Source of the DNA: Phallusia mammillata
Lineage: Eukaryota
DNA length: 64,000 bases
Direction of reading: 5' to 3'
NCBI GenBank assembly: GCA_965637545.1
Contig: OZ281496.1
Span: 24,862,001 to 24,926,000 of the forward strand
The notes under the pieces: model-generated
Seen by the model: only the letters and a program-made list of their open reading frames with translations
Databases searched by the model: none
Told to the model about the DNA's origin: nothing
Shown: in pieces, positions 1-11,700 of the stretch
Numbering within the stretch: position 1 is the stretch's first letter
How the letters are laid out: every line of letters starts with the position of its first letter
Made by a program: the position numbers and the translations under genes

Positions 1-484
1 TGTTTTTTTTATGTTTTACACGTTCACTGCTATTATGTCACTGCACTTGCCCAAGACTTGATTGCCGTATCCATTTTAGCATCAAATCTTGTCTGCCTTC
101 CAGAGAATTGAGTCTTACCAACGATAAAGTATTCTGTTTTTTAAAGTTTGTTGGAAAAACGAGATACACACAACGGAGAACAAAAAAAAATTGTCACAAT
201 TGTTCCGCTATACATTGGCTTTGAGTAGAAAATGTTGAAAGTAAACAAAAACTGAACTAGACGGAAAACAAACAACAGTGACGATACGTTGTGTCAAGGT
301 ATTAGCAAGTACATGTACGAATACCTCGCCTGTCTCTGCGATATAACATGATTGAATTTTGTCAACGATTTGTGTATAAATACTGTTTTGAAACCAACAA
401 AAACAAAACAAGCAAGTTTTCGATTACAGAAAAGGCCAGGACTGGCTTCACAGTCCTAAAAAATACAAAACATAAACCACAGAA

Positions 485-3340
485 TCATGTGCCGTTTGCG
501 TATTCAGTTCCATGTAAGCCACGGCAAATTAGAGCAAAGTCTTTGACGGTGTCGCGGTATTTTCTCTTGCTTTTGACCTCTCGAAGAAGCTGTTTATGAA
601 ATGTGTTTCTCTTTGCAACCTCCACTTTGGTGTTTGGAATATCAGGTTGAGCCAACAGCTCAGTCATCCAACGGTTAAAGCTTTCAAATGCAATCTTGGA
701 CAAGCAAAACAGAATGTCCGCAAAATTGTCCATGCAAGTCCGAGGCGATTGACCACCAATAGCTTTTAAAGTGACTTTCGTTAGCTCCTTGCCAGACTTC
801 TCAATTGATGCTGCAACAGTGGAATCAGTTTGGTACAGACCTAGAAGCTCGATCACAAAGTTTGACCCTGCTTTGGCCGATTCCGTGTCTGGCATGCTTA
901 GCGTTAGTATGCCACAATGGAATATGTCCAGGGTGCTCGGTTTGCCGTTTTTTGTCACGTGATGGAAGAGTTCGGCTTGCTTGCGACACACAACGGACAT
1001 CAAATACATAAATCCATGGGCAATGTCAGGGTGATCAACATAAATGCGGTTTTCAAATACCTTCATTGATGTGGTCATAATAACTTGTAACAATGCTGCA
1101 ACAGTTTCCAGTTCTTGAGGATCTGACCCAAAGACCAGTGTAATTTGTTGTGCCAAATCAAGAACTGAATAGTAAGGGTATGCTTGATATAATGTGGATA
1201 GCATTTCACACAAATGGTGCAGAAGAGGCTTAAATGCACTTACTAGAGTTCGAATTGCCTTGTTATACAAACTGCACAGGGTTTGCACCACAGTTGAATC
1301 CCTAACCCAATGGTTTAAAATCTCCTTGAAAATTGGCATCAATTGTTCAAGCATTACAATAACATGTTGGTTCTTGTTAACTTCTGTCTGGATTATTTCT
1401 CCATCTTCGTCTCGTTTCCGCCTGTCCAAAGTTGAAAACAGATTTGTCAAGAGGTCTAGGATTCTCAAAATGCTGTTTTTGTTTGGTGGTGAAGGATCTT
1501 CCTTCGATAAAGCATCCAGTTGATGTATGTGAAGCATTAGCAATCTTTCGACATGCTGAACATATTCCTCTTCGGGCATGATTGAGAGTATATAACCAGC
1601 TGACTGCATTAGCCAGGACTCTTCATTGGTTCGCAGTGTTCCTTGCATAAAAACATTAGAAATCTGTTCCATTAAGTTGCCGGCATAGGGTCCCATGTGT
1701 TCAGCACATTCCCGGGTTATCCTTCGCATTGTCAAAACTGCTGACAATGATAAGTCATTGTTACTTATACATGGTACAACCAACTGCAAGAGCATTCGCA
1801 AATGTTCGGGGTGTCGGCTTAACCACTCAGTGAGGGTTCCGACAGTGTATAATACAGTGTCAGCTAGTTGTATAGAAGAAATAGGAATCTGAGGAAGAAC
1901 TTGAGCTAGGCTACTTAGGCATGGTATTTCAGTGTCAGTTTCTGTTAATGTTTCAACAATGGAATGGATTCCAAACAGGCAAGTTTCAATACCATGCCAC
2001 CTTGTTTCCATGGTTGATGGGTCTTGAAGGCACGTTTTGAATTGTTCGAAAATAAACAATAAAACTTGAATGCCAAGCATTTCCAGCACATACATTAGGG
2101 TGTCTGAGATGTCTATGCGATATATTCTGTGCTGTTCTTTCTCATCTGCAGACCAACCGTTATGGGAATTGTCTGTAGGGTAACTTGCCTTTCTTAGCAG
2201 CACATTTAGTAGTTGATAAAAGAAGGGCAGCACATGTTGCCTAACTTGCATGTTTTCCTCGGCACTCAAGGCTTGAAGTTCATCTTGCAAGGAATACCAA
2301 AATGTGAATGATATAGGGCTTGAAACTTCATCAGTAGGATATTGAAGTGGCACATTGGTGCATATCATCACCAAGTTTATCAGGCCAAGCCCACATTGGG
2401 GATCTGTACATGTATTGACAATTATTTTTGTCTGATTTTCAGCAAGGCTGCATATAAGCTTGGTCAATCCAAGAATATTTTCACAGTCCTGTTCTTCAAT
2501 GGCTTTTTCCAACATTGGCTGCATTGACAAAATAATTGGCACAAACTTTTTCACAGTCTCTGGGTATTCACTTAAAATTGGTGAACAAAATGCATTTAAC
2601 ATACACTCGATACTCTTCTCAAAGAACTCCGGTTGCTTAACACACTCAAGGATGTTTAATAACAAGTCCTCACATTCAGTCATTGGAGTGCCAAGGGATA
2701 TCCAACTTGAAAGGCAGTTTATGACCTTTAGTTTTAAACCAGCAACTTGAAACAAACTTTTTAGCAATCTTGTGATTTGTGACATCCCATCACGAAGCAT
2801 GTTCATCACAATACCTCTCTTGTACTTGTCCAAATGTGAGGTCTGGTATTCTTCAGGCAACACAGTAAGAATTTCAAGCAACGCAAGGTAGTTGTGGTTG
2901 CCTGAGTTAATAGATGCTGTTGTTTGCAGTTTTTCTATTATGTCGCTTAGAGCTGTTGTCCACATATTTCGTATCACACAATTTATTACAAATGATGAAA
3001 ACGCTACACAAAGCCGAGTAAGAACAATTCTTTTTTCTGGCATTTGACAAAAATACAATAACTGTTCGTATAAGTGATCCCTTAGAATATGTACGTCACT
3101 TTCAACAACATCATTCCATGATGCTGATATTTTGCTAACCAAAGAGCTAGCACCGAAATACTGAACCTCTGTGGCTTTGCCTGGTTGTAATAAGGTCCAT
3201 GCAAATTTCCATGCTTCATTAGCTCGCTGTGCTTTAGTCAACCACTGTTGAGCAACATCTTTGGTGCTGACAGAAGGGTCGAAGTATAATTGGTAAAGAG
3301 CCTTTTCAACATTTTCAGCAGAAAATTCAGGTTCAGTCAT
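485..3340 (-). CDS. IPO13: Importin-13 (karyopherin-beta family, HEAT repeats), single-exon, 951 aa
   Basis: Uninterrupted 951-aa ORF. N-terminus FSAENVEKALYQLYFDP...AQQWL..AQ...AWKFAWTLLQPGK..EVQYFGASSL matches the importin-13 N-terminal domain as recalled; helical HEAT-like throughout. Confidence 0.96.
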   Translation of the reverse strand: MTEPEFSAENVEKALYQLYFDPSVSTKDVAQQWLTKAQRANEAWKFAWTLLQPGKATEVQYFGASSLVSKISASWNDVVESDVHILRDHLYEQLLYFCQMPEKRIVLTRLCVAFSSFVINCVIRNMWTTALSDIIEKLQTTASINSGNHNYLALLEILTVLPEEYQTSHLDKYKRGIVMNMLRDGMSQITRLLKSLFQVAGLKLKVINCLSSWISLGTPMTECEDLLLNILECVKQPEFFEKSIECMLNAFCSPILSEYPETVKKFVPIILSMQPMLEKAIEEQDCENILGLTKLICSLAENQTKIIVNTCTDPQCGLGLINLVMICTNVPLQYPTDEVSSPISFTFWYSLQDELQALSAEENMQVRQHVLPFFYQLLNVLLRKASYPTDNSHNGWSADEKEQHRIYRIDISDTLMYVLEMLGIQVLLFIFEQFKTCLQDPSTMETRWHGIETCLFGIHSIVETLTETDTEIPCLSSLAQVLPQIPISSIQLADTVLYTVGTLTEWLSRHPEHLRMLLQLVVPCISNNDLSLSAVLTMRRITRECAEHMGPYAGNLMEQISNVFMQGTLRTNEESWLMQSAGYILSIMPEEEYVQHVERLLMLHIHQLDALSKEDPSPPNKNSILRILDLLTNLFSTLDRRKRDEDGEIIQTEVNKNQHVIVMLEQLMPIFKEILNHWVRDSTVVQTLCSLYNKAIRTLVSAFKPLLHHLCEMLSTLYQAYPYYSVLDLAQQITLVFGSDPQELETVAALLQVIMTTSMKVFENRIYVDHPDIAHGFMYLMSVVCRKQAELFHHVTKNGKPSTLDIFHCGILTLSMPDTESAKAGSNFVIELLGLYQTDSTVAASIEKSGKELTKVTLKAIGGQSPRTCMDNFADILFCLSKIAFESFNRWMTELLAQPDIPNTKVEVAKRNTFHKQLLREVKSKRKYRDTVKDFALICRGLHGTEYANGT

Positions 3341-3360
3341 AATTGTTCAACTAATAACTC

Positions 3361-3385
3361 CTAGAATGAAAATAAAAATGTAAAC
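3361..3385 (-). promoter_or_regulatory. 3' splice acceptor (polypyrimidine tract + AG) 20 nt upstream of the IPO13 ATG; 5'UTR cis-intron or SL trans-splice site
   Basis: Minus strand reads tttacatttttattttcattctAG|gagttattagttgaacaattATG, with AG at 3362-3361. Confidence 0.6.
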
Positions 3386-3668
3386 CAGGACAATGAACAA
3401 ATCACAGATTCAGTAGTAGGTCATCCCACACACACACAATTATTAATTTTCTGAAAAACTTATACCTCAAATCCATTAATGAACAATAAAATATGTGCTG
3501 AAGTGACAATATTGACACTTTAAATCTGAACCAAACACAAACCCATCTAACAAAACCTACAAACGGTGATGCTACACAGATGCAATCAAATTGCTTAAGT
3601 AACATGAAATTTACGAAAACTTATGACAATAATAAACAAAACAACTCACATAGCAAGTGTTGAAACAA

Positions 3669-4568
3669 CTAGTCTTTATGAGTAATAACAACAACATTTG
3701 TAGGTTCTTCAATAGCTGCTAATTCTGCAGAGTTCATGAGTTCTAGCACTTGCATTTTGACCTCTTGTTTTCTATCTTCTGGTAAAGCACTTAGCTTGGG
3801 TATTAGGTTTAGGCAAAATATAGTGTCATCATCTTCTTCATCATGGGTATATTCAACTTTAGTGTTCCATGAATGCAAAGGGTAGTCTCCTTCAATGATG
3901 ACACTCAACTGTTCACCATCCTCATCATCATCACTTCCAAGACCATGGCCATCTATTTCATCATGTCTATTCCCTTTCATTTCAGTTCTAGGCAGCTTTG
4001 GTGGACGGCCTCTCCTTTTTATGTCAGGCCGATCATGCCTTTTTCGGCCAGGATGTTGTGCCATTGGATGTTCCGACGCCTCTATGACAGGATCATGAAC
4101 CAAGGGCATAGTCACACTCTCTAACAGTCCTGGTATCTGGTATTTTTTAATCTTTGGCAGGGAATACATATTGTATATTGATTGAGAAACTGGATGATTG
4201 TGGTGTAGGTTGCAGGAGAATACATACAGGCGTTCTTTCCATCGATCAGCCTTTAAAAATATATTCACTGGACAGTCAAGTCTGTATGTTTTGGTCTTTT
4301 TCCGGATACCACTTGACTTTGACTTGTACACCCCAGCATGTTTACATCTATACTTTATGTAAGAATATTTAAAAGATTCTGGAAACCTTACTTGACCTTT
4401 AGCAATAACCTTGTTTGCACGCTCAACTGACCGACTATCCGCTTTATAAAACTTGCAAAATGACATAACTTCATACATTTTTAGCCACTTTTCAAAGTCA
4501 TCAAAATCTTTAAATTCAGTTCCTGTAATGTCATCTTCCATGTCCACAAGATCCAACTTATTATCCAT
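3669..4568 (-). CDS. Single-exon 299-aa putative DNA-binding protein: ZSWIM3-N/FAR1-like (MULE-derived) Zn domain + AT-hook + C-terminal BESS-like motif
   Basis: N-terminal F.DF.DFEKWL..YE...F..F...DSRSV..AN...F...FKYSYIKYRCKHAG...TYRLDCP...L......HHNH pattern; KRRGRPPK AT-hook; acidic stretch; C-terminal DDDTIFCLNLIPKLSALPEDRKQEVKMQVLELM resembles BESS. No DDE catalytic domain. Confidence 0.8.
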   Translation of the reverse strand: MDNKLDLVDMEDDITGTEFKDFDDFEKWLKMYEVMSFCKFYKADSRSVERANKVIAKGQVRFPESFKYSYIKYRCKHAGVYKSKSSGIRKKTKTYRLDCPVNIFLKADRWKERLYVFSCNLHHNHPVSQSIYNMYSLPKIKKYQIPGLLESVTMPLVHDPVIEASEHPMAQHPGRKRHDRPDIKRRGRPPKLPRTEMKGNRHDEIDGHGLGSDDDEDGEQLSVIIEGDYPLHSWNTKVEYTHDEEDDDTIFCLNLIPKLSALPEDRKQEVKMQVLELMNSAELAAIEEPTNVVVITHKD

Positions 4569-5704
4569 GTTGTAGTGTTGAATAAAGTACTTCAGAAACG
4601 CTCAAAAACAAGTAAATCTGTTCAATACATTTTGAAACGCAACTATAGCAAATATACAGTAAGACAATTGCTATTTTTAAAACCAGTTACCAGAGGAAAT
4701 TTTTAAACCTTGATATAATGACTTTTGTAAAGCTTGTCTTTGAACATGTATTTAAATGCTTGGTAAACATAAAACATCAAGTTTTGTGAACGTAAACAGC
4801 TGAAACTGAATTTTCAGTGCGTGAAAACGAATTGTCTCGAGGATTTTGGATGAGAGAAGCGTTTTTTTTTCAGATTGTATTCTTGTAACGTGTTAAATAT
4901 CAGAACATTTGCTGTACAGCGTATAGTTTATGCAAAAAATGAACGCATTTAATACTCTTTTGAAATAGCAGTTCAAAAATGTTGCACAAAAATTGAATAA
5001 CTAACTAGATTTTATGTTTTTAACAATTATACTTCGTATATTTTAGTTGATCGGGTTGGATGTAAAGAATGGCGCAAATTCTGTCATCGGATGTCACAGT
5101 TTTGTTTGGTTTTGTTTGGGAGTAGTCAAAGTTATATGTACTAGTTAGGAGTTATCGTGATTTGTTCATGCATCAAACACAAGCTTTACTGAAAAGGTTA
5201 TCGATCAGGTTAGTGTTTTATTTTTCCAGATTGTTTGACTGTTTTGTTATCTGTTTCATTATTGGTTTTCAATCTTCTACTGTATTGCTGATTGAGCCTA
5301 AAATTGTAAGTCGTCAGATGGTACAGAGGCTAAACGAATGTAAATAAATGCCTGATTAACTTTCCCATGCCGTTTATTGGATTTATTTACAACACACGCA
5401 TACACAAAGCATGCACAGAAAAAATCTTTTAACTGCAATTGCGTTTAAACGAACCGTGGGTTTTCACTGGAGAATAAGTAGCCGCTCATATATAATATAC
5501 AAATGTAACAGTGGTTGTATGCTAAAAACTTCATAGCCAGAAGTGAAACGTTTAAAGTAAATTTGTCATTTAATTATTGAAAGTACGTTTGTTAAGCTAG
5601 GCTAGGTGTTCTAGTTAGCAGGATCGTCCAGCAAAACGGCCTGGCCAGAAGCGTAAAACTAGATTTATACATGATATTATGCTGCTAGCAATCACAAGGC
5701 TTTT

Positions 5705-8700
5705 TTAGTTTAGCGTTTGCTTCGGCTTGCGTACTGAGTTGGTTTGCATAGAGCTGCTTACAATCGACGCGCGCAAAGAGTCATTTTTTCTTCTGATCGC
5801 ATTCGGCTGGCATTTGAGAACAGCCAGCAAAGGTTGCAACCACATGTTTCTGACTCGGTTTTGTCGGACGCAGTTCACAATGAAGATGAAAATTCCCTGA
5901 AAGTACAATGTGATGAATATTTATTTATTATATGGATACTGTGAACAACGACTGGTAACGCTACAGAATTGATGTGTTGAAATATTTTGTCTCAGTTTTC
6001 GATACCAACGTGCGAGTACCGAGGGCCGATTTACACCATAAGAATACGGACAACTTTATGCCAATATTTGCTTCGGACAGTACAGCATTAAAAAACAGTT
6101 CCGCCAGGTTACTTATATCTTATTCGCTATCATGTGGAGATTACATTTTTTCGGCATGTGTGTATGCACGCCTGTACCCCGACCATGGCAGAAAAATTAG
6201 CCAATGATATACAACTAAGTACAACACTACACTTAAGTACTCGGTAATCGTACTCGGTACTCGGTATCGAAGGTATTTACATGTGGTACTCGCACTCGGT
6301 ATCGGTACTCGCTTCAAAACCTGGTATCGTCCCATCACTAAAAGTTAACCATCTTCATTCGTACCTGGGTGCAGTTGAAAATGGTAAAAAGCCAAGCCAT
6401 AACCGTTTGATAAACAACGTGATCAGCCGCAAGCATAAGAAATCCAAACACCCATGTAAGGCCCATCATAATCAGCAACATCACGGCTATCAAAAAGTCT
6501 TCTCTTCTACTTCTTTGCTTGGCTGTGGATTGAATCTGTAAAAATGTGTGCATACGCAATAGAATTGTTAAATTTTAAATTGGTTGAGTATACAGAAAAC
6601 TTTTAAATTTATCGTACCACTTTCTTGCGACAGGTTAGTTTCTTTATCACCAGGCTGAAGAAAACGATGTTAGCAATTGCCAATGCTCCAATGGGGACCA
6701 AAAAACCATAGTAAAGCGAATACTCATGCAGCCAGCACATGTGCCGCGCACGGTAAGCCGATTGAAAGAATATGTCACCTATGCAAAACAATTGAATCAT
6801 ATATAGCACACTATTGCGTTCTGGCAAAACAACGTTATTTTAAAAACTGAGGTACGTACTAAAATTTGTTGTAACCATATTCACTTTTCAATTGAGATAA
6901 AAATCATCGCAACTCAGCGCATTGTTTGGCGAATTCGTGAAAACTTACCGGGATTTGCGTTTTGATTGTCGAAGTAAAATATTGCCACACATGCGTCGAC
7001 AATCACAATCACAGACGGTGTAACGTACGCTATGATCGTCGGAATGTTGGATGGGGCTTCACCCAGCGTAACCTGTTTACGTATTCGCAACAGTTTACGT
7101 GTAATGTCTTTTAAATATGTGTATTCGCAGCACGCGGGTAAAAATTAAACAGTTTTATATCAGTGTCAGGGCTTCTGATTTTGGGTTGTACGCGGCTCAC
7201 CTGTCCTATGGAAAAATTACTTTGGATAACCGGTACCCATTTGGTAATGCGATGCGCAAGATTAAGATTTTTCATAAAACCACATTACTTTTCCCAAAAA
7301 GAAAAAGTGGGCGTAAAAGCTTAAGAAGCCCTGGCCTAAAAGTTTAATTAAATACGACACAATTGGGTGCCGCCAAACTAGCTTTGAACCGTCAGTTTAG
7401 TTTTTGTAGGTTTTTCGCCTTCGTTACGTTTTGGGGCAAATAAAAGTTGCATACCTTTGCTAGGGCCTTGTACATATTGTGTGCGTTCATTGTCATCCAG
7501 AACCACGCTGCTAGTAAGAAGTAATGTAAAAGTGCGGTGCTGATGTAACAAGCCATGCTGTCTTCGACACGAGACGATCCACTTAAAAAGACGACGTTAG
7601 CCACGAGCAGACACGCACATATGTTTACCAGAAACTTCGTTGTCTGTCGATTTCGGAGTTCTCTGTAAGCGAAAATTTGTGTGTAGGTTTCTATTTTCTC
7701 CTTTTATTGTAAAGATATAACGAATTAATTTTCTAACTTACATAAGTTTAAAGTTAAAGACTATTTAATGGGTGTAGTGTGTGTTTAACATGTGTGGCTG
7801 GCGATATGTATTTTTTCACTCATAACTTAACAAATTATTATCTTCACAAATTAGCGTTATTTGGTAACTTACGTTATTGCAAGATAAATGAGCATCGTCA
7901 GTGAAAATCCAACTATAGACAGCGAACAGCCGATGTAGCTAACGATGCCCAGGATAAAGGCTGAAGGCAAAATCTTTGTACTCTGTGGATTTTAGCAAAT
8001 GTTAAAAAATTTTGTTTCATGATTTAACACCATCACTACGAAAAAGATAGGTTCGAGTGTTTTTATGAAATGTGTAGTCAAACCCACCACTATCATTGAA
8101 AAACTCGCGAGTCGGTAACACTTGCACCGGGGCGGGGAACTTCCAGGAATAAGGGTACATCCGTTAGGTACCCATTTCCCGTCAGCTCGTTGGTATACAC
8201 TGCACTGGGTCCTCGTCACTAAAGACTAACAAACGAAAACAATGCACATGTTTGTCATTGAAAAGAAACTTTTGAATTTTGTCGAAACATCTGAGTAATA
8301 AAATGTAGGTTACTTTAATCATGAGGCTTCAGACACTCAGCATGAGCGATGGAGACAACAGTCGCGTATAATAACAGACAGAAAATTGGGTTCGAAAGTT
8401 AAAAATGTATATACATCAGTACATAAATATACCATAAACAAATGATGAATTGAAAATAAATTGTAGTAATGAAGTCAAATGGTGGAATTTGTTGAGGCTT
8501 ATCAAAGTTTTCAGTCTAGGTAATTAGTTTAAAAGAAATTGAAATAACAGTTTTCCAAAGCAAATTTCGAACCCAAAATATGTATATAGTTTTTGGTATG
8601 TGCCAATCAGGAGTTACCTGTAAGCTTCCGTTTCCAAAAGGATGCTCTCCTTGCCTATCGGTCGTGTTGGAAAATAACAAGTCGATAGCGTTGGTAGTCC

Positions 8701-11700
8701 GTGCGGGATTAAAGCCTCGAATGTTGGCAGATATGACCTGCAGATTAATGTTTTAGTTGACCACAAAACCACTCAGAATACCAAAATTTTTTACTTTGCG
8801 CCAAAATGCATAAATTTAAGGGCTTGTCTGTACTGTTGTTGGAGTTTCTGTAACGACTACAAGCGTTTCTGTACGTTTTTTTGCTGTGTGTGTTGCATAC
8901 AACGAATATTTACGGGTGATGGACATTAATGAAGTGCATTCTTATCAACCAGATTCAGCGTGTATCTCACCAACGGTGGATCTTCCGCTGCTGGAAATAG
9001 CGCCGGACTGCTGTGGAACACAAACGAGGCACGGACTGGTTGAATCGCAGGAACCACGACAGGAGGTTCCGTTTCGACAACCGGAGGCTCAGTTTCCACA
9101 ATTGGTGGATCTACAGTTTGCACTGGAGCTGGAGGATTGGTGTTTCCAACCCCGGGCGTGGACGCAGTTGTGCTGGTCGTTGTGCTCGTAGTGGTACTGG
9201 TGGTTGTGGTCGATGTCGTGGTTGTCGCTTCCATGATGCTGGCCTCAGCTTCGTCCAACAGCAAACCGGGTAAGCTGATTACTACTACTGCGGTCGGGAC
9301 AAACGTTCTAGCAAGCACTTCTCGCCCAGGAGCAAATGTTAAAGGTGAATACGGTGCCTCTGGCGATGCTTTCACGGGCTCGGTGATCTATTAAACAGTG
9401 ACATATGCTGTCATCATTTTTTAGATACGGCATATACCGAGAGAAAAAAACGCTTTAGTTCGTACGGTAATAACACCATTAACACGTAAACAAATGTTCG
9501 CAATTATGATGTATTGGCACGAACAAAATCTTATAAGGATATATTCAAATAACCTGTATTGTTGTTTGAGGCGTTTCCAGAGTTATAGTGTTTGTACCCT
9601 CGGGTAGTGTAACTCTTTGTATAAACTTTTGTAGAGCATCGTATAAAGCTTTCTTTGTCTCCGCGTTAGATCTGCAAGATGTTAGATTTTTGCAAACTTG
9701 AAAAGGCTATAGGGGCAATACTGTGGCTATTTTAACATATTTGGTGCTCAGTGCCCATCAAACCAAAAGAAGTAGCTCTTAAAATGCTCAAAATACTTAC
9801 GTTGTTGTCTCTTCTGCATCGCTGTCATCATAATTGCGGCCACCCAGTTGGTCAATGATGTTTATGACGTCAAAAAGTACGTTCACCGTGATCTAAGATT
9901 GTATTTGTTTAATTACATTCTTGTTTCGAGTTTTCAGTTATACGTATAAGTATGATCACATTTTACAATTTGGTGGAACTGGACTTGCAAAAAAATCTTA
10001 AAAAACATTCTTCTAAATATGTCAACTTTTAATGAAACAATTACGATTCTAGACAACTCTGTGGCGATTTTTACCTCGACTTGATCTTCGTCGCTCTCAA
10101 CAATGGCGATCAATGTTTTTGTGATATTTGCCACACCTTCTTGAGAAACATTGCTCTCAGCAGTTGTCAACAGCTTAAGGCTTGCAACAGTTTCTTTCGC
10201 TTGTTTGGTTGTAATGTTTTCAGTTTTAAACTGAAAGAATTCTTAGAACTTTTAATTTTTGCAAAGTTATGATGGCCTTTTGCAATGAACGCAATAAACC
10301 TACCTCTTGTGTCACTTGGTTTAAATTAGTCTCGCACTCCAAAACGTGTGGTTCGCTAAAATAGGCAAATTCAGGATATGTTTCGTTCCTCAAACAATCA
10401 ATTGATGCTTTCGCCCTGCCTAAAAATACGAAATATGCCTGTACCATAACAGAACATGTCGAAATAATTTTTTAGCCAAGGCATTTGTCTGTCGTTTCAA
10501 AGCTACAAAACCCTTTGTTGATTTGTCTTTTGTTTTAAACATGTGCTGATGTTCCAGTTATGTGTACTCACCTTTTTGGCATGTTTGGACTGACAAAGAT
10601 GTAAGATCTACTCTCGTTCTGTTAAAAGACAGGAAATCTTCTTTTCGGCCGTCGTAAATTGTAATTTCGGCACAATAAACTGGAACAAAAATAACGTTTG
10701 AATCTTTGGACGTTTATTTGGTTTTTGCCTTAATCAGCAGCATACCGTTAGTCGGCAAACTTGGTGGTAAGGCTGGCACGGTTGTTGGGGACGTTTCTAT
10801 AAAACAAAGTTGAAAACAGATCAGTTATCGATGAGTTGGACAAAAGTTTGTAAAATTGCAAATACCTTCTTCTGTTTCCTTCGTGGAATGAAAAGTATCA
10901 TCAGTGTCTATTTCAGGTTTTGTTGTCGTGTTTGTCATTGATTTTGTTTTTGCCTCTGCAGCCGTTGTCATGTGGTGCGTAGAAATGTCTGTAGATGCCA
11001 GTGCCGTCGTTTCCGTAAAAATTGTTAAACCACTGGTTGTCATATGCGATGTTGCGCCGGTTTCTGTGTAAGTTGAGGCGGAATCAGACTTATCCGTTCT
11101 AGTTGTTTTTGCTGGTGTGGTATCGGTATTAGACCCTGAAGTGATTTCATCCATTGCAACTGCAGTAGAACTTTGTAAATTCTCTGCTTTTGGTGTGACA
11201 GTACTATCTGGTCCATTAGTAGCAGAATTTGATCCTTCCATTGTGTCTGTAACTGTCTCGTGCGTATTATCTGTCGTAGGTATAGCACCAGTAGAGTCAA
11301 CCTTGGTTCCCTCCTTTGTAGCTGTTGTTGGTTTAGTATCGGTTGATGAAACGAGTGGATCTTTTGTGTTGGTAACATTCGTTGATTGACCGCTTTTGGC
11401 CAATGTAAAGGCTATCGTCTGTCGAGCAGCATTTGTGGTTCCCAAATTTTCACTGGTACCTAAAGCAAACCGACTTGTTGTAACACCATGCTTTTTTCAA
11501 TATAGGGTGATTTTAACATTTTTTGGGTAATTAAAAGAAATACAGTATAAGCATCGACTAACCTATACCATCTGTTTGTTGTGGCGTAGCATCGTCTACT
11601 GCTTCTGTTGTTACATCCTCGATTCCGTGTGGTGTTAGGTCTTCAGTTTGTTTGGTTGTTGGGTTTAGAGTTGACACTATTAGTAGGGAAGAAGAAGAGG

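Noticed and set aside
208-411. 67-aa minus-strand ORF downstream of IPO13
   Set aside because: No recognisable family; probably IPO13 3'UTR.
7167-7333. 10-bp inverted repeat CAGGGCTTCT...AGAAGCCCTG, hAT-like
   Set aside because: No TSD and the repeat does not extend; at best an old remnant.
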